NCBI GenBank assembly: GCA_965112735.1
Contig: OZ218957.1
Span: 1,984,001-2,048,000 of the forward strand
Length of the DNA: 64,000 nucleotides
Source of the DNA: Phaeosaccion multiseriatum
Taxonomy: Eukaryota; Protista; Ochrophyta, other classes
Direction of reading: 5' to 3'
Below, piece by piece: positions 13,216 through 24,544 of the stretch. The position numbers and the translations under genes were made by a program. Below the pieces are notes generated by a model. It did not search any database and had not been told where the DNA came from. It saw only the letters and a list, made by a program, of their open reading frames with translations. Numbering within the stretch: the first letter of the stretch is position 1; each line of letters opens with the position of its first letter.

Positions 13216-15495
13216 ATGGGCTTGGCGGCCTTCCTTTCCGCCGGAGCGGGAGGAGGGTCCTCGACAAGCTCACGGGGAGGATGGACCTCAGCTCCCCCCA
13301 CCTCTTCATTTGCCGTGCACCGTGAAGAGAACTCCTTTCTCACAGCCGCCGTGTCTGTTGAGCGAGGATCGTCGACTCAATCGCTCCGCCTCCTTGAAAC
13401 CAGGCTCGATACATCCGGGAATAGAAAGGCGGCGGAGGCCAAAAATAGAGAAAAAGCGTTGTTCAAAGAGATCCAGAGACTTGGAAATACGCGCAACTGG
13501 AGGGGGGTCGGGAGGGCGATTGAGCAGGCCAAAGCAGAGGGGACTCGTATGAACAGTTTTCATTATAACGCTGCGATTTCTGCAGTGGGCAAAGCTCGGC
13601 GATGGAAGGGCGCGGTGGCCCTGCTCAAGGAGATGCGGGCGGAAGGGCTTCAACCCAATGAAGTCCCGTACAGCTCTGCGATTTCTGCTTGCGGCAAGGC
13701 TGGAGAGTACGAAAAGGCGCTGGACTTGCTCAAGGAGATGCGGACGGAAGGGCTTCAACCCAATGAAATCTCGTACAACTTTGCGATTTCTGCCTGCGGC
13801 AAGGCTGGAGAGTACGAGAAGGCGCTGGTCTGGCTGAAGGAGATGCGGAGGGAGGGGCTTCAACCGGATCAAATCTCGTACAGCTCTGCGATTTCTGCTT
13901 GCGGCAAGGCTGGAGAGTACGAGAAGGCGCTGGACTTGCTGAAGGAGATGCGGAGGGAGGGGCTTCAACCGGATCAAATCTCGTACAGCTCTGCGATTTC
14001 TGCTTGCGGCAAGGCTGGAGAGCACGAGAAGGCACTGGACTTGCTGAAGGAGATGCGGAGGGAGGGGCTTCAACCCAATGTCATCTCGTACAGCTCTGCG
14101 ATTTCTGCTTGTGGCAAGGCTGGAAAGTACGAGAAGGCGCTGGACTTGCTGAAGGAGATGCGGAGGGAGGGGCTTCAACCCAATGAATTCTCGTACAGCT
14201 CTGCGATTTCTGCTTGTGGTAAGGCTGGAGAGCACGAGAAGGCGCTGGACTTGCTGAAGGAGATGCGGGCGGAAGGGCTTCAACCCAATGTCATCTCATA
14301 CAGCTCTGCGATTTCTGCTTGCGGCAATGCTGGAGAGCACGAGAAGGCACTGGACTTGCTGAAGGAGATGCGGAGGGAGGGGCTTCAACCGGATCAAATC
14401 TCGTACAGCTCTGCGATTTCTGCTTGCGGCAATGCTGGAGAGCACGAGAAGGCACTGGACTTGCTGAAGGAGATGCGGAGGGAAGGGCTTCAACCCAATG
14501 AAGTCTCGTACAGCTCTGCGATTTCTGCAGTGGGCAAAGCTCGGCGATGGAAGGTCGTGTTGGCCCTGCTGAAGGAGATGCGGGCGGAAGGGCTTCAACC
14601 CAATGAAATCTCGTACAACTTTGCGATTTCTGTTTGCGGCAAGGCTGGCGAGTACGAGAAGGCGCTGGACTTGCTGAAGGAGATGCGGAGGGAGGGGCTT
14701 CAACCCAATGTCATCTCGTACAGCTCTGCGATTTCTGCTTGCGGTAACGCTGGAGAGCACAAGAAGGCGCTGGACTTGCTGAAGGAGATGCGGAGGGAGG
14801 GGCTTCAACCCAATGAATTCTCGTACAGCTCTGCGATTTCTGCTTGCGGTAACGCTGGAGAGCACAAGAAGGCGCTGGACTTGCTGAAGGAGATGCGGAG
14901 GGAGGGGCTTCAACCCAATGAATTCTCGTACAGCTCTGCGATTTCTGCTTGTGGTAAGGCTGGAGAGCACGAGAAGGCGCTGGACTTGCTGAAGGAGATG
15001 CGGGCGGAGGGGCTTCAACCGGATCAAATCTCGTACAGCTCTGCGATTTCTGCTTGCGGCAATGCTGGAGAGCACGAGAAGGCACTGGACTTGCTGAAGG
15101 AGATGCGGGCGGAAGGGCTTCAACCCAATGTCATCTCATACAGCTCTGCGATTTCTGCCTGCGGCAATGCTGGAGAGCACGAGAAGGCGCTGGACTTGCT
15201 GAAGGAGATGCGGGCGGAAGGGCTTCAACCCAATGTCATCTCATACAGCTCTGCGATTTCTGCCTGCGGCAATGCTGGAGAGTACGAGAAGGCGCTGGTC
15301 TTGCTGAAGGAGATGCGGAGGGAGGGGCTTCAACCCGATGAATTTCTTGTAGCGAGACCGTTACAGAAAGACGAGGCGCGTAAGCTGAAGGTGCCTGAGC
15401 TGAAGGCCGCCCTCAAGGCTCAGGGCTTGCCTGTCAGCGGAAGGAAGGCCGAGCTCATAGAGAGACTCACCAGTGCGGCAGCGGCATCAGTTTGA
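13216..15495 (+). CDS. P-class pentatricopeptide repeat protein (17 tandem PPRs) with C-terminal SAP domain, intronless
   Basis: 35-aa repeats xxSYSSAISACGKAGEHEKALDLLKEMRREGLQP[N/D]; C-terminal KLKVPELKAALKAQGLPVSGRKAELIERL (~15382-15468) fits the SAP consensus. First in-frame ATG is 13216 (in-frame stop at 13162). Confidence 0.93.
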   Translation: MGLAAFLSAGAGGGSSTSSRGGWTSAPPTSSFAVHREENSFLTAAVSVERGSSTQSLRLLETRLDTSGNRKAAEAKNREKALFKEIQRLGNTRNWRGVGRAIEQAKAEGTRMNSFHYNAAISAVGKARRWKGAVALLKEMRAEGLQPNEVPYSSAISACGKAGEYEKALDLLKEMRTEGLQPNEISYNFAISACGKAGEYEKALVWLKEMRREGLQPDQISYSSAISACGKAGEYEKALDLLKEMRREGLQPDQISYSSAISACGKAGEHEKALDLLKEMRREGLQPNVISYSSAISACGKAGKYEKALDLLKEMRREGLQPNEFSYSSAISACGKAGEHEKALDLLKEMRAEGLQPNVISYSSAISACGNAGEHEKALDLLKEMRREGLQPDQISYSSAISACGNAGEHEKALDLLKEMRREGLQPNEVSYSSAISAVGKARRWKVVLALLKEMRAEGLQPNEISYNFAISVCGKAGEYEKALDLLKEMRREGLQPNVISYSSAISACGNAGEHKKALDLLKEMRREGLQPNEFSYSSAISACGNAGEHKKALDLLKEMRREGLQPNEFSYSSAISACGKAGEHEKALDLLKEMRAEGLQPDQISYSSAISACGNAGEHEKALDLLKEMRAEGLQPNVISYSSAISACGNAGEHEKALDLLKEMRAEGLQPNVISYSSAISACGNAGEYEKALVLLKEMRREGLQPDEFLVARPLQKDEARKLKVPELKAALKAQGLPVSGRKAELIERLTSAAAASV
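13555..15339 (+). repeat. 17 x 105-bp near-identical coding tandem array (PPR motifs)
   Basis: Exactly 1785 bp; units share long identical DNA stretches such as tacagctctgcgatttctgcttgcggc and ctggacttgctgaaggagatgcgg. Confidence 0.97.
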
Positions 15496-15952
15496 AGAAC
15501 AGCTCTGTCCTTGGCTGGCTTTGGCTGGTTGGTTGGGAGGAGGGCGGTAAGGCTTGGTATCTGAGCTTGGCTTGGTTGGTAGGTAGGTAGGAAGGAAGGT
15601 AGGTAGATAGGTAAGCAGGCACGCAGGTACGTAGGTAGGTAGGCAGGCAGGTAGGGGAGGGGGGTAGGAAGCGGTGTTTGTTGGTGAGGGGGGTGCGGGC
15701 GAAGCGAAGCAAGGCGTAGTGAGAGGCAATATCGTAGGGTGCGCGTACTGGACAGGGGCGGAGGAGAAACAAAAGGAGCAACAGATAAGAGAAGAGAAGA
15801 AAAAAAGGAGTGAACGCAACCAGACCCTCTATCATTATTATTTTATTGGTATTGTTTATGGATAATCTTCACACCGCTTTGCGGACCACCGGAACGGTGC
15901 AAATGCCACACATTTTGGGCGTGAGCGGTGCTACGCGAGCAGGTGCGGAGCG

Positions 15953-16027
15953 CAATCATCACTGTCAGGGGCTCCCCAATCATCACTGTCAGGGGCTCCC
16001 CAATCATCTCTGTCAGGGGCTGCCCAA
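15953..16027. repeat. 24-bp minisatellite x3
   Basis: caatcatcactgtcaggggctccc twice, plus a third copy with two substitutions, between the convergent gene ends. Confidence 0.9.
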
Positions 16028-16249
16028 GGTAACAGTAAAATTGAAAATGAAACTCCGAAACTTCGGTCCGGCTTTTGATCTAGCTGCGATTCTCTGAAGC
16101 AGCAGCAGCAGCAGCAGCAGTAGCAGAAGCAGCAGCAGCGCTCCCCCGCCCGGTGTGATGACACTCACACTCTTACAGACCGGCCAGACAAAGCAATCGC
16201 ACCACCCTCACCATCCTGTCTCACCCTCGCACTCTCTCGCCCATATGGA

Positions 16250-17801
16250 TCACTCGTCGGTGTGGTCAGTCTCACCCATGAACGAGCGCTGCATGGTGTG
16301 AAAGAAGCTCTTCGCTTTGTCTCCCAACGCCACAAACGCCTCGCCCACAGCCCTCAATGCTTGCGTGCTGGATGGGCGGTGATGGATAAGGATAGGAGGG
16401 CAGGGGAGCGAGGGGTAGCGTATGGGAAGAGTAATCAGGGGAGGGAGGACCATGCCCACCCAACGGCAAGAGATACACCACTGACCATCCAAAGAAACAC
16501 AATGCGGCAAGAGATACGCCAATGCCCATTCAAAGAGACACAGCATGGCAAGAGATACACAAAACACGCCCACTAGGGGCCGCGCCTTTGGATGGAAGGA
16601 AAAAAGCGAGGAGAGAGAAGCAAGAAAATTCCAACGAGAGCAACCCAAGCAGGGCACCCAAGGAGAGCGCAACCCACGTTGTGCAAAAGAAACATCGCTC
16701 CACCCGCCTCCCATCAGCTCTCTCTCTTGTCTCTCCCCCTCCCCCCCCCCCCGCCCCTCTCTCTCTCTTGTCCTACTGATCCGTACCTGCTACGGACTCG
16801 AACAGTGATCAAATCCGTGTCCGCCACAAACTGCGGGGGGTTGGAGCTACGACACAGCGTCATGACCTGCGGCTTCAGAGTCACATCCATCCCCTCTTCT
16901 GTCTCCTTGCCGCGCCCCGCGCCCTCCTGGCTGTTGCTCCACGGCAGCTCAGGATCTACTGCCGACACGATCCGCGTGACGATCTCGACGGTCTGCACAC
17001 GCAGCTCAAGGTCCTTCGGGGCCCTATCCAACCACTTTGACGCCACCTCCAGCATCGCTGCCGCCGTTCCCTCGCCCTCGCCTTCGCCTTCGCCTTCGCC
17101 TTCGCCCTTGGCCTTGCTCGCTGCTGCTTTATCACTAACTGCTGCTGTTGTCGCTGCTGGTGCCACAACCACCCCGCCAACCTCTTCCTCCCTCCCCCTC
17201 TCTGCCGCGGCCGAAGCTGTTGCTGCATCACCACCTGCCGCTGATGCCGCTGCCGCCTCATCCGCCAATCTGGCAGCCGAGAGCTGGACAAGCTTGCTTC
17301 GCACCGCTTCCACGCCGTCCCCCCCTGCCGCCGCTTCGTTCGCCACCCCAAGGACCGCACTAGCAATCCTGGACACCGGGTTGGCGCTGAGCTCTACACG
17401 GTCTGCTACTCGTGTGAGAGTGCCCAAGAACTTGACCGAAACGAGGAACATTTTCCTGGCCCCGCGTAGGCCGTGCTCCTTCTCAGACAGGTCCTCCTCC
17501 TCCTCCTCCACTTCCTGCCGTGCTCCTCCTCCTCCTCCTCCTCCTCCTCCTCCTCCTCCTGCTCCCACATCCTTCACCCTCCTCCCTCTCCTGTCGTCCA
17601 TCATCACTTTCAACGATTCTAGTACGTCAGGTGTGAAGTTGCCCACCACCTGACCCATCGTGGTGTGCCATCGAAACGTCGGCAGAGCCGCCTTCACACG
17701 GCCGCTTCCATCCGCCACAGCGGAGAGATGCGTAGTCAATTGGTGAGGATCGCACATGACCCTACTCAGGAAGAAGTGATTGTCCATGCCGGCGTGGACA
17801 C

Positions 17802-17841
<40 letters not shown>

Positions 17842-20800
17842 CCCCAGTTGCTGCCCTCCCGCTCCCATGATGGACGTTCCGGATAGACTGTCCGTGAAGA
17901 AGAAGCTCGACAAGCGCCACTCCGCCCACACCCACCCAGTCTCCTCGTTGACTCGTACATCAAAGCCAGCACTCGCCGTCGCTCCCACCAGCGCCTGCCT
18001 CGCCCCGTCCCGGATGGGCTCTCTTAGCTCCACCCCTACTTCGGTGAAGAGCACGCTGGTGGCGGGCAACTCCCAGAAACGCTTGAGCGCCCCCTCCAGC
18101 GGGTCCTTCTTCTCCTTCTCCTTCTCCTTCTTCTTCTTCTGCTGCTGCTTGCTGTCATCGCTCCCGTTGGTCCCATTGGCACCAAACGCAGACGCCGACC
18201 CACCATTCTCACTTGGGGCCAAGCTACTGGGCACTGCCGCCGAAGAAGATGCAGCAGCAGCGTCGACTTCGGCAGCAAGGGGGCGAGCAGCGACCATTCC
18301 ATCCGCGTCATCCAATTGGTCATCCTCCTCGTCGTCGTCATCGCTGTCCGAGAAGCCCTTGTTATCCGCAAAGAGGCCCAACTTTTGTCCGTCCTTGCTA
18401 AAGAAGTCTGCCCACATTCCCTCCGCCCCTTGACCATCACTTCCCTCCTCCTCCTCGTCGTCGTCGTCGTCGTCAGACACCTCCTCTACTGTATTTGACG
18501 CTGCGGCAGCCGCCGCCTCCTCGTCAGCGCCGCTCATTCCCTTCCTCCTTCTCGACGACACCTTGCCCCCCTCCCCTGCAAGGAGACTCGCGCGAATCTC
18601 ATCGGCCTGGTCGTAAAAGCTTCGAAAGGCCTCGCCGTTGGCAGTCCGGGCGGGATCCCACATCACCACCCCCGCCGACGCCTTTTGGGTCCGCACGACG
18701 CTACTAGCCGCCCCTGATCCTGCTGGTGAAGCCGATCCTTTCCCTCGCGGCGCCCCCCCCCCCACACCCGCCCCCAAACCCCCAGCGTCGACACTTCCCA
18801 TCCCTGTGCGCATGTGCCGATGTGCCGCCACTCGGCCAATCGCCCTAAAGAACAAAATGTCATCCACCGGCAGGCAGCAGTCCAGGCGGGCCAGCTCCCA
18901 CGCCTCCTCGTAGGAAAGAGGCCGCATGACGGGCACACCCAGCCTCCGAGGGTCGAACTTTTTGTGCAAACGTGAGGCCTTGAGCGTCCTCATGTACAGG
19001 ACAATGTAACGATGCCTGATGGCAGACGTGCCGCTGCTAGCAGAGGCCCCAAAGGTGCCCATGCCGTCCTGCAGCTGCTGCATGGGTTGCATCTCGGCCA
19101 TTCCCTCCATGTCATCCACTTCCTCCTCCTCTTCCTTCATCTCCTCGTGGTCCGGCTCCGGGGCCACCTCCGGCTCTCCCTGCGTGGCCCAGTCCGGGCA
19201 CTTGAGCAGCGCCCCCGTCGGTCGCGTGATGAGAGCGCCCTTCCAAGTGGAGAGGGGTCTCTGGCGAGAGGAGGAGGAGGAGGAGGAGGAGGAGGAGGAG
19301 GAGCGTTGCTGGCGAGAGACAGTGTCATACACCACGCCAATGCACCAATGCCAAGCAGCGGCAGCCCACGCGTCACCGGGGTGAGCCTTCTTGATGGCAG
19401 CAATGGCGCTCTCTCCTCCCGTTTGAGTACTGTTTCTCCTACGTGTATCACCAACTGCTCCTGATGCTTCGCCACCACCCCCTTCCATCATCCGCTTCTC
19501 TGCCTCTGCCTGAGCTGCTGCCGCTGCTTCGGGTACCAGCGGCTTCTTCTCGCTTGCTGTGGTGGCGGGAGAGAGTCCAAACACATCCAGTAGGCCTCCG
19601 CCAAAGCCCGAGCTTGTCTTTCGAAGCCCCACAGACCCCCCTGAGCCCCTCCTGCCGTCGCCATTGAGCGAAGTGGGGGGCTCCACCAGCCTGAAGAGGG
19701 AGGGAGGGAGGGAGGGAGGGAGGGAGGGAGGGAGGGAGAGAGGGAGGGAGAGAGGGAGGGAGGGAGGGAGGGAGGGAGGGAGGGAGGGAGGGAGGGAGGG
19801 AGGGAGAGAGGGAGGGAGGGAGGGAGGGAGGGGGGGAGGGAGGGAGGTAGAGGAACAATGGACGCAAGTGTCGGTTAAGTCAAGCAGCGACCGAGGCGCA
19901 AAGGCCCATTGCCCCATCTTCTCGAAGTCATTCCATACTCATCCATCCACCCACTCACTCACTCATAGACGCACTCACTGAGACACACACACAATCACTC
20001 ACTCACGCACTCACTCACTCACGCCCTCGCTCACACACACTCACACACTCACTCACGCACTCACACGCTCACATGCTCGCACACTCAAGCACTCAATCAT
20101 TCACTGACTTGTCCGCTCCCTCACCCCCTCACTCCATCAAGGCCCGCTCGCTCACCCCCCCCCCTCCCTTACGGTCCATCTCACGATCATCACCCACCTG
20201 GGCAAGAGATATTTGGCCTCTCCGGCCTTGAACTCAAATTTGGGAGGCAGTGTGTCCTTCGGCAAGTCTGCCCTTGGCACCATCCACCGATATGTGGTCT
20301 GTCTAACCAACCGATCCAATACCCTCACGGCTTGCTCTATCACACCAGCCTGCCTTGCGTCCATCACCATCTTCAACACGCCCACCTTGACACTGATCCT
20401 CCCCAACCGAAACGTCGGCAGTCCCAGCCCCAGCCCGGCTGCCACTGCCTTCCTCCTCTTCTTCTTCTTCTTCTTGGAGCTGCTACTGCTGCTGCTGTGG
20501 CTGCTGCCCCCGATGTCACCACCACCAGTGGCGCCGCCACCGCCGCCGCCACCGCTGCCGCCGCTGCTGCTGCTGCTACTACTACTGACTGGCGCGGGCG
20601 GCGCGGTTTCCGCGATACGCACGACGCCTTTAATCTCCAGCGGTAGGAACAGAAGCGTATGGCGCTCGTTGAGCCACTTGTGCTTCAGCAGGGCGGCAAT
20701 GTCGCCTGTCGACAAGGACGCCGCGGCGCCGCTTCCCTCGCCAAAGTACCTCGGGACTCCGTAGTCGCAATAGAGTTGGAGGTGCGTCAACGCTACCCTC

Positions 20801-21410
20801 TTGTGGTACGTCTTTGTCTTTCCCCCTCCTTCCCCAGCCCCTGCAGCGGCCGCTGATGCCCCTCCCTCCGGCTTGGCGGTTGGCGCCCCCCCCCCCAGCT
20901 GCTGCTGCTGTTGTCTCCACCGGGGTCTTGCCTGCACAAATGCTCTCTCCGCAAGTGACACTTTGTTATTCACGTCCATCCCTGCCTGCTGCTCGAACTC
21001 TCGACAGTCTCCTCCGCAGGCCAGCGTCAGGGCGGGCAGGGTGAAGCCTAAAGCATTACACGTGCCCTTCTTCACATCAGCAGCGGCAGCCGCAGCCGCA
21101 GCCGCAGCCGCAGCGGCAGCGGCGCTAGCAGCGCTCGAGGGACCTGCGTTGGCCGCCGCCCCTCCCCCCACTGCTGATGCTCTTGCCGCTGCATCTGCTG
21201 CTACTGCTGCTGCTGCTGCTGCGTTGGCTGCTCTTTCTTCGGCTGCTCTTTCGGCTGCTGCTGCGTCGAGTTCCTCGGGTAGCTCGAGTCGAAAGTGCAC
21301 GGACTTGATGTTGATGCTGCAGTTCTCTCCGAGGTTCTCCACCAGGTGTGCGAAGATCTTGTTGGCCATCTTGCCCTTCTTGGGCCCTCCCTCAGAGGAC
21401 CCCTTGTAGC

Positions 21411-21456
<46 letters not shown>

Positions 21457-22282
21457 GGGGGGGGTAGGTGGGTATGTGTGGGTGGGTGTGATTTCCCAGA
21501 AGGAGGCAGTGAGTGAGTGAGTGAGTAATGGAACACAAAAGAGGGGCGCAGGATGCTGCTACCGTCAACAACATACGGACACGCGCACACATACACAAAC
21601 GCACTCCACTTACCCTTAGCATCTCTTCAATAAACACGATGTTGTAAGGATTGCGAAACGTCTCTGCGAGGGCCAGGAGCTTGGCTCTGGCCAGCAGGGC
21701 CGCATCCGGGTCACAGAGGTCGTCTCCTGGAGCGAAGACCATCGCCATTCCGTCCAGCGTTACTGCAATCTCACCGCCCGACAACCAATCTTTGGAGACG
21801 GCCGGGGGGGGGGGGGGGTTATCAGCGTGCGTGCGTGTGTGGGGGGGGAGAGGACGGGGAGGGGAGGGATGCGGGAGAGGGAGGAGGGAGGGGGGGAGGG
21901 GAGAGGAAAGGGCGGCGAGCATGCTTCATCAGTGCGCTCACGAGGGAAAGCGCGTGATCTGCTACGATCTGCATCCAAAAAGAGAACGTCGTAGAAAAGA
22001 AGGATTCCACGCACTTCCAAGGAGGGAAAAGGCTTTCGCAACATAAAGAGCAAACCCACAAGCTGAGGTCAGGGGGATCTTTGTATGCTCCTTCCTTCCT
22101 TCCTATCGCTTGGCTCCCCTCTCCTCTCCCACTACTTACTGGCGGGGTGGTGAATGATGAGCTTCTCCACGAAGCCAGCCTGCAGTTTGAGGGGCAGGGC
22201 TAACTCGTTGAGCACGTTGTGCTTCATACGCAAGTTAGTGAGCTCAATGGCGGGTTCCTCCAGCGCGAGCATATCGCCCACC

Positions 22283-22331
<49 letters not shown>

Positions 22332-22884
22332 GATGATGATGATGACGAGGAGGAGGAGGAGGAGGAGGAGGAGGAGGAGGAGGAGGAGGAGGAGGAGGAG
22401 GAGGAGGAGAGGAAAAAGGAGGAGGAGAAGAGCGAGGAGGAGGAGGGAGGAGGGAGGAGGGGGGGGGGAGAGAAGGAGAGGGTGGGGAGGCATGCAGTTG
22501 TTGGGAAGCGAAGCTTGTCGAGGGACGAAGGCAGGGGTGGGAAGTATCAACGTAAGGCTCAGAGGCGGGCGAGAAGAAGCGAGGCGAGAGGCAGAAGAAG
22601 CGGAAGGGAGAGGAAATCTCTGTACGGCCTCAGTCCTGGCCTATCATTGGTGTGGCCATACACAACAGGGTTGACAGGACGGGGCATCTCCCGGCCAGTA
22701 GGCGAACACTACTTTCCCCTCCCAGAGTAGAGAAATGTGTTCAGCCCCTCTCTCTCGCTCCCTCTTCTCTCCCCCCCCTCTGTCTCATCCTCACCATGCT
22801 GATGCTGATGTGGTCCTTGTCCACATCCTCAAACAGATCGTCAAGAGCCGTCTTGAGGGTCTTGATGATTACATCTTCAAACAT
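16250..22884 (-). CDS. Chorein_N (VPS13/BLTP superfamily) bridge-like lipid transfer protein, short form, multi-exon
   Basis: Spliced N-terminus MFEDVIIKTLKTALDDLFEDVDKDHISISM / VGDMLALEEPAIELTNLRMKHNVLNELALPLKLQAGFVEKLIIHHP / DWLSGGEIAVTLDGMAMVF / ..LVENLGENCSINIKSVHFRLE is typical chorein_N. Large exons ~21415-20198 and ~19690-16787. The last exon(s) are uncertain (3' end 16080-16250). Confidence 0.7.
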
Positions 22885-23476
22885 AGGGACTCAGCGGTAG
22901 CCTCCGCCAGCAGGCGGTGGCAACCAAAGAGACTGAGGTGCGAGGGCGAGACTCCAAAGTGATAGAAATCAGAAATCTAGGAAGCCCTTCGTGGCGAGGT
23001 TTCGCTTTCCCTGTGAAAGGCAAGCAAGTGCACGTGTACGTAAGAAGCACTCCTCTAAACTAAAAATGCACACACCCACTGCTCTGCTCCCTCAACTGAG
23101 AGTAAGAACAGGAGGGGAGGCTGGGGAGGAACAGCGAGGGCGAACACGCTCCCACGTCGCTTCTCAAAGCAACCACAAACACGCCCCCAAGTTTCGGTGA
23201 CGTGGGCGGGGAGAGAGAGGAGCTGAGAGACCCAACTCACCGCTGCTCCTCCAGCTGGCTTCCTCCTCTCTCTCTCTCTCTCCGGCACAATCACACACAC
23301 GTAGGGTTTGGGGGGCGGCTCCGAATATATGAATATGAGTTTCAGCTCGCTCTGGATTCTGCGAGAAGTGATACGAGATGCAAGAGGGGAGAGGAGGAGC
23401 AGGAGGGAGGGGAAGATGAGGAGGAGGAGGAGGTTTGGTTTCTCCATAACCCATCTTTCTCCACAGAGGGTGCAGC

Positions 23477-24544
23477 ATGAGGTTGCCTCTGCTTTTCCTG
23501 CTGTTTGTGCCGATTGTAGCCTTATGCACGTGGTTAAAGAGCGGTAATAGCACGCTGCCATTCTTCTCTCGAGAAAGGGGGGAAGAGCAGCAGCAGGCGC
23601 AGCAGAAGGCTATCTTGCCAGGCGAGGAGGAGCCCACAGCACACAGACGAACGAGATTCATCCGTGTAGTGGGCGAGCCCAAGTCGGGCACCACTTGGCT
23701 GGAACGCATCCTCGTGGCGTCGGGGAAGGTCAAATGCAGTGGAGAACAGGCCTGCTCCTTCGAGGGAGGAGTGCCAGAAGACAGGTCGCTGCGTCTGCAG
23801 CGTGGCGATGGCGCTCTTCAGGTCTTGACGAGTGAGGGGAAGCACCGTATTCATGCACTCAAACGATGCTTGGGAGGGCGGGGGGTGCTGCGTCCGCATC
23901 GAGATGACGTTGATACTGCGTGGCCCTGCTCCAACGTCATGGCCAGCAACTCCACATCGCCCTCCGCTGCCAAGCTGATGAACTGCCTGCCGACCAGATG
24001 CGCTGAGGAAGAACCTTTTGATACGATATTCATTCTCGTCCTCAGAGACCCCAGGGACGTCATCATCAGCGAATTTTTTATGCTACACGGGAATGAGGAG
24101 GAGAACACTCTCGAGGACAGGACGACATTCCCGGGCCTTGTGGACTTTGTACAGGAGCGCTTCGTCGTACGTGCCACTTGGGTGTGGGTCCGCTACATGT
24201 GGCACATAACGGTCTTGCGTCGAAGCTCCTATGTGATCCTGTATCACGAGCTTCGCCTGCACGACGAACCCTACCGGACCATCTGCTGGGCGCTCAACTT
24301 TCAGTGTGATGCCGAGGATATTCACGAGATCAGAGAGGAGAGCTCGCCGGAGCGCATGCGAGAGATGCAGGGAAAGGGTACCTTACCCGGCGGGCTGGGC
24401 AAGGGAGAGAGAGCAAAGGTCCGTAGCGCAGGCAAACAGAACTTCAACGACTATGGCCTCCCATTGGAGACGGTCGGGTGGATGAACGTTACGCTGAAGG
24501 CCATGATGCCGCGGAGGCTGCTCGGCCAGTGGGATTTGCTTTGA
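23477..24544 (+). CDS. PAPS-dependent sulfotransferase (Sulfotransfer_1-like) with N-terminal signal/anchor, intronless
   Basis: 5'-PSB motif GEPKSGTTWL, 3'-PB motif VLRDPRDVIISEF, ILYHEL and KVRSAG; hydrophobic N-terminus MRLPLLFLLFVPIVALCTW. Confidence 0.88.
   Translation: MRLPLLFLLFVPIVALCTWLKSGNSTLPFFSRERGEEQQQAQQKAILPGEEEPTAHRRTRFIRVVGEPKSGTTWLERILVASGKVKCSGEQACSFEGGVPEDRSLRLQRGDGALQVLTSEGKHRIHALKRCLGGRGVLRPHRDDVDTAWPCSNVMASNSTSPSAAKLMNCLPTRCAEEEPFDTIFILVLRDPRDVIISEFFMLHGNEEENTLEDRTTFPGLVDFVQERFVVRATWVWVRYMWHITVLRRSSYVILYHELRLHDEPYRTICWALNFQCDAEDIHEIREESSPERMREMQGKGTLPGGLGKGERAKVRSAGKQNFNDYGLPLETVGWMNVTLKAMMPRRLLGQWDLL

Noticed and set aside
13306-15123. Long antisense ORFs (325 and 275 aa) over the PPR array
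   Set aside because: Shadows of a 105-bp repeat that lacks antisense stops; no independent protein signal.
13555-15339. CRISPR-like array (constant repeats with variable parts)
   Set aside because: Units are contiguous in-frame 35-codon PPR motifs with no unique spacers; eukaryotic context and no cas genes.
15953-16027. 24-bp repeat x3 as mini-CRISPR, or ORF 15810..16097 as a gene
   Set aside because: Direct tandem copies without spacers; the ORF has no recognisable content.
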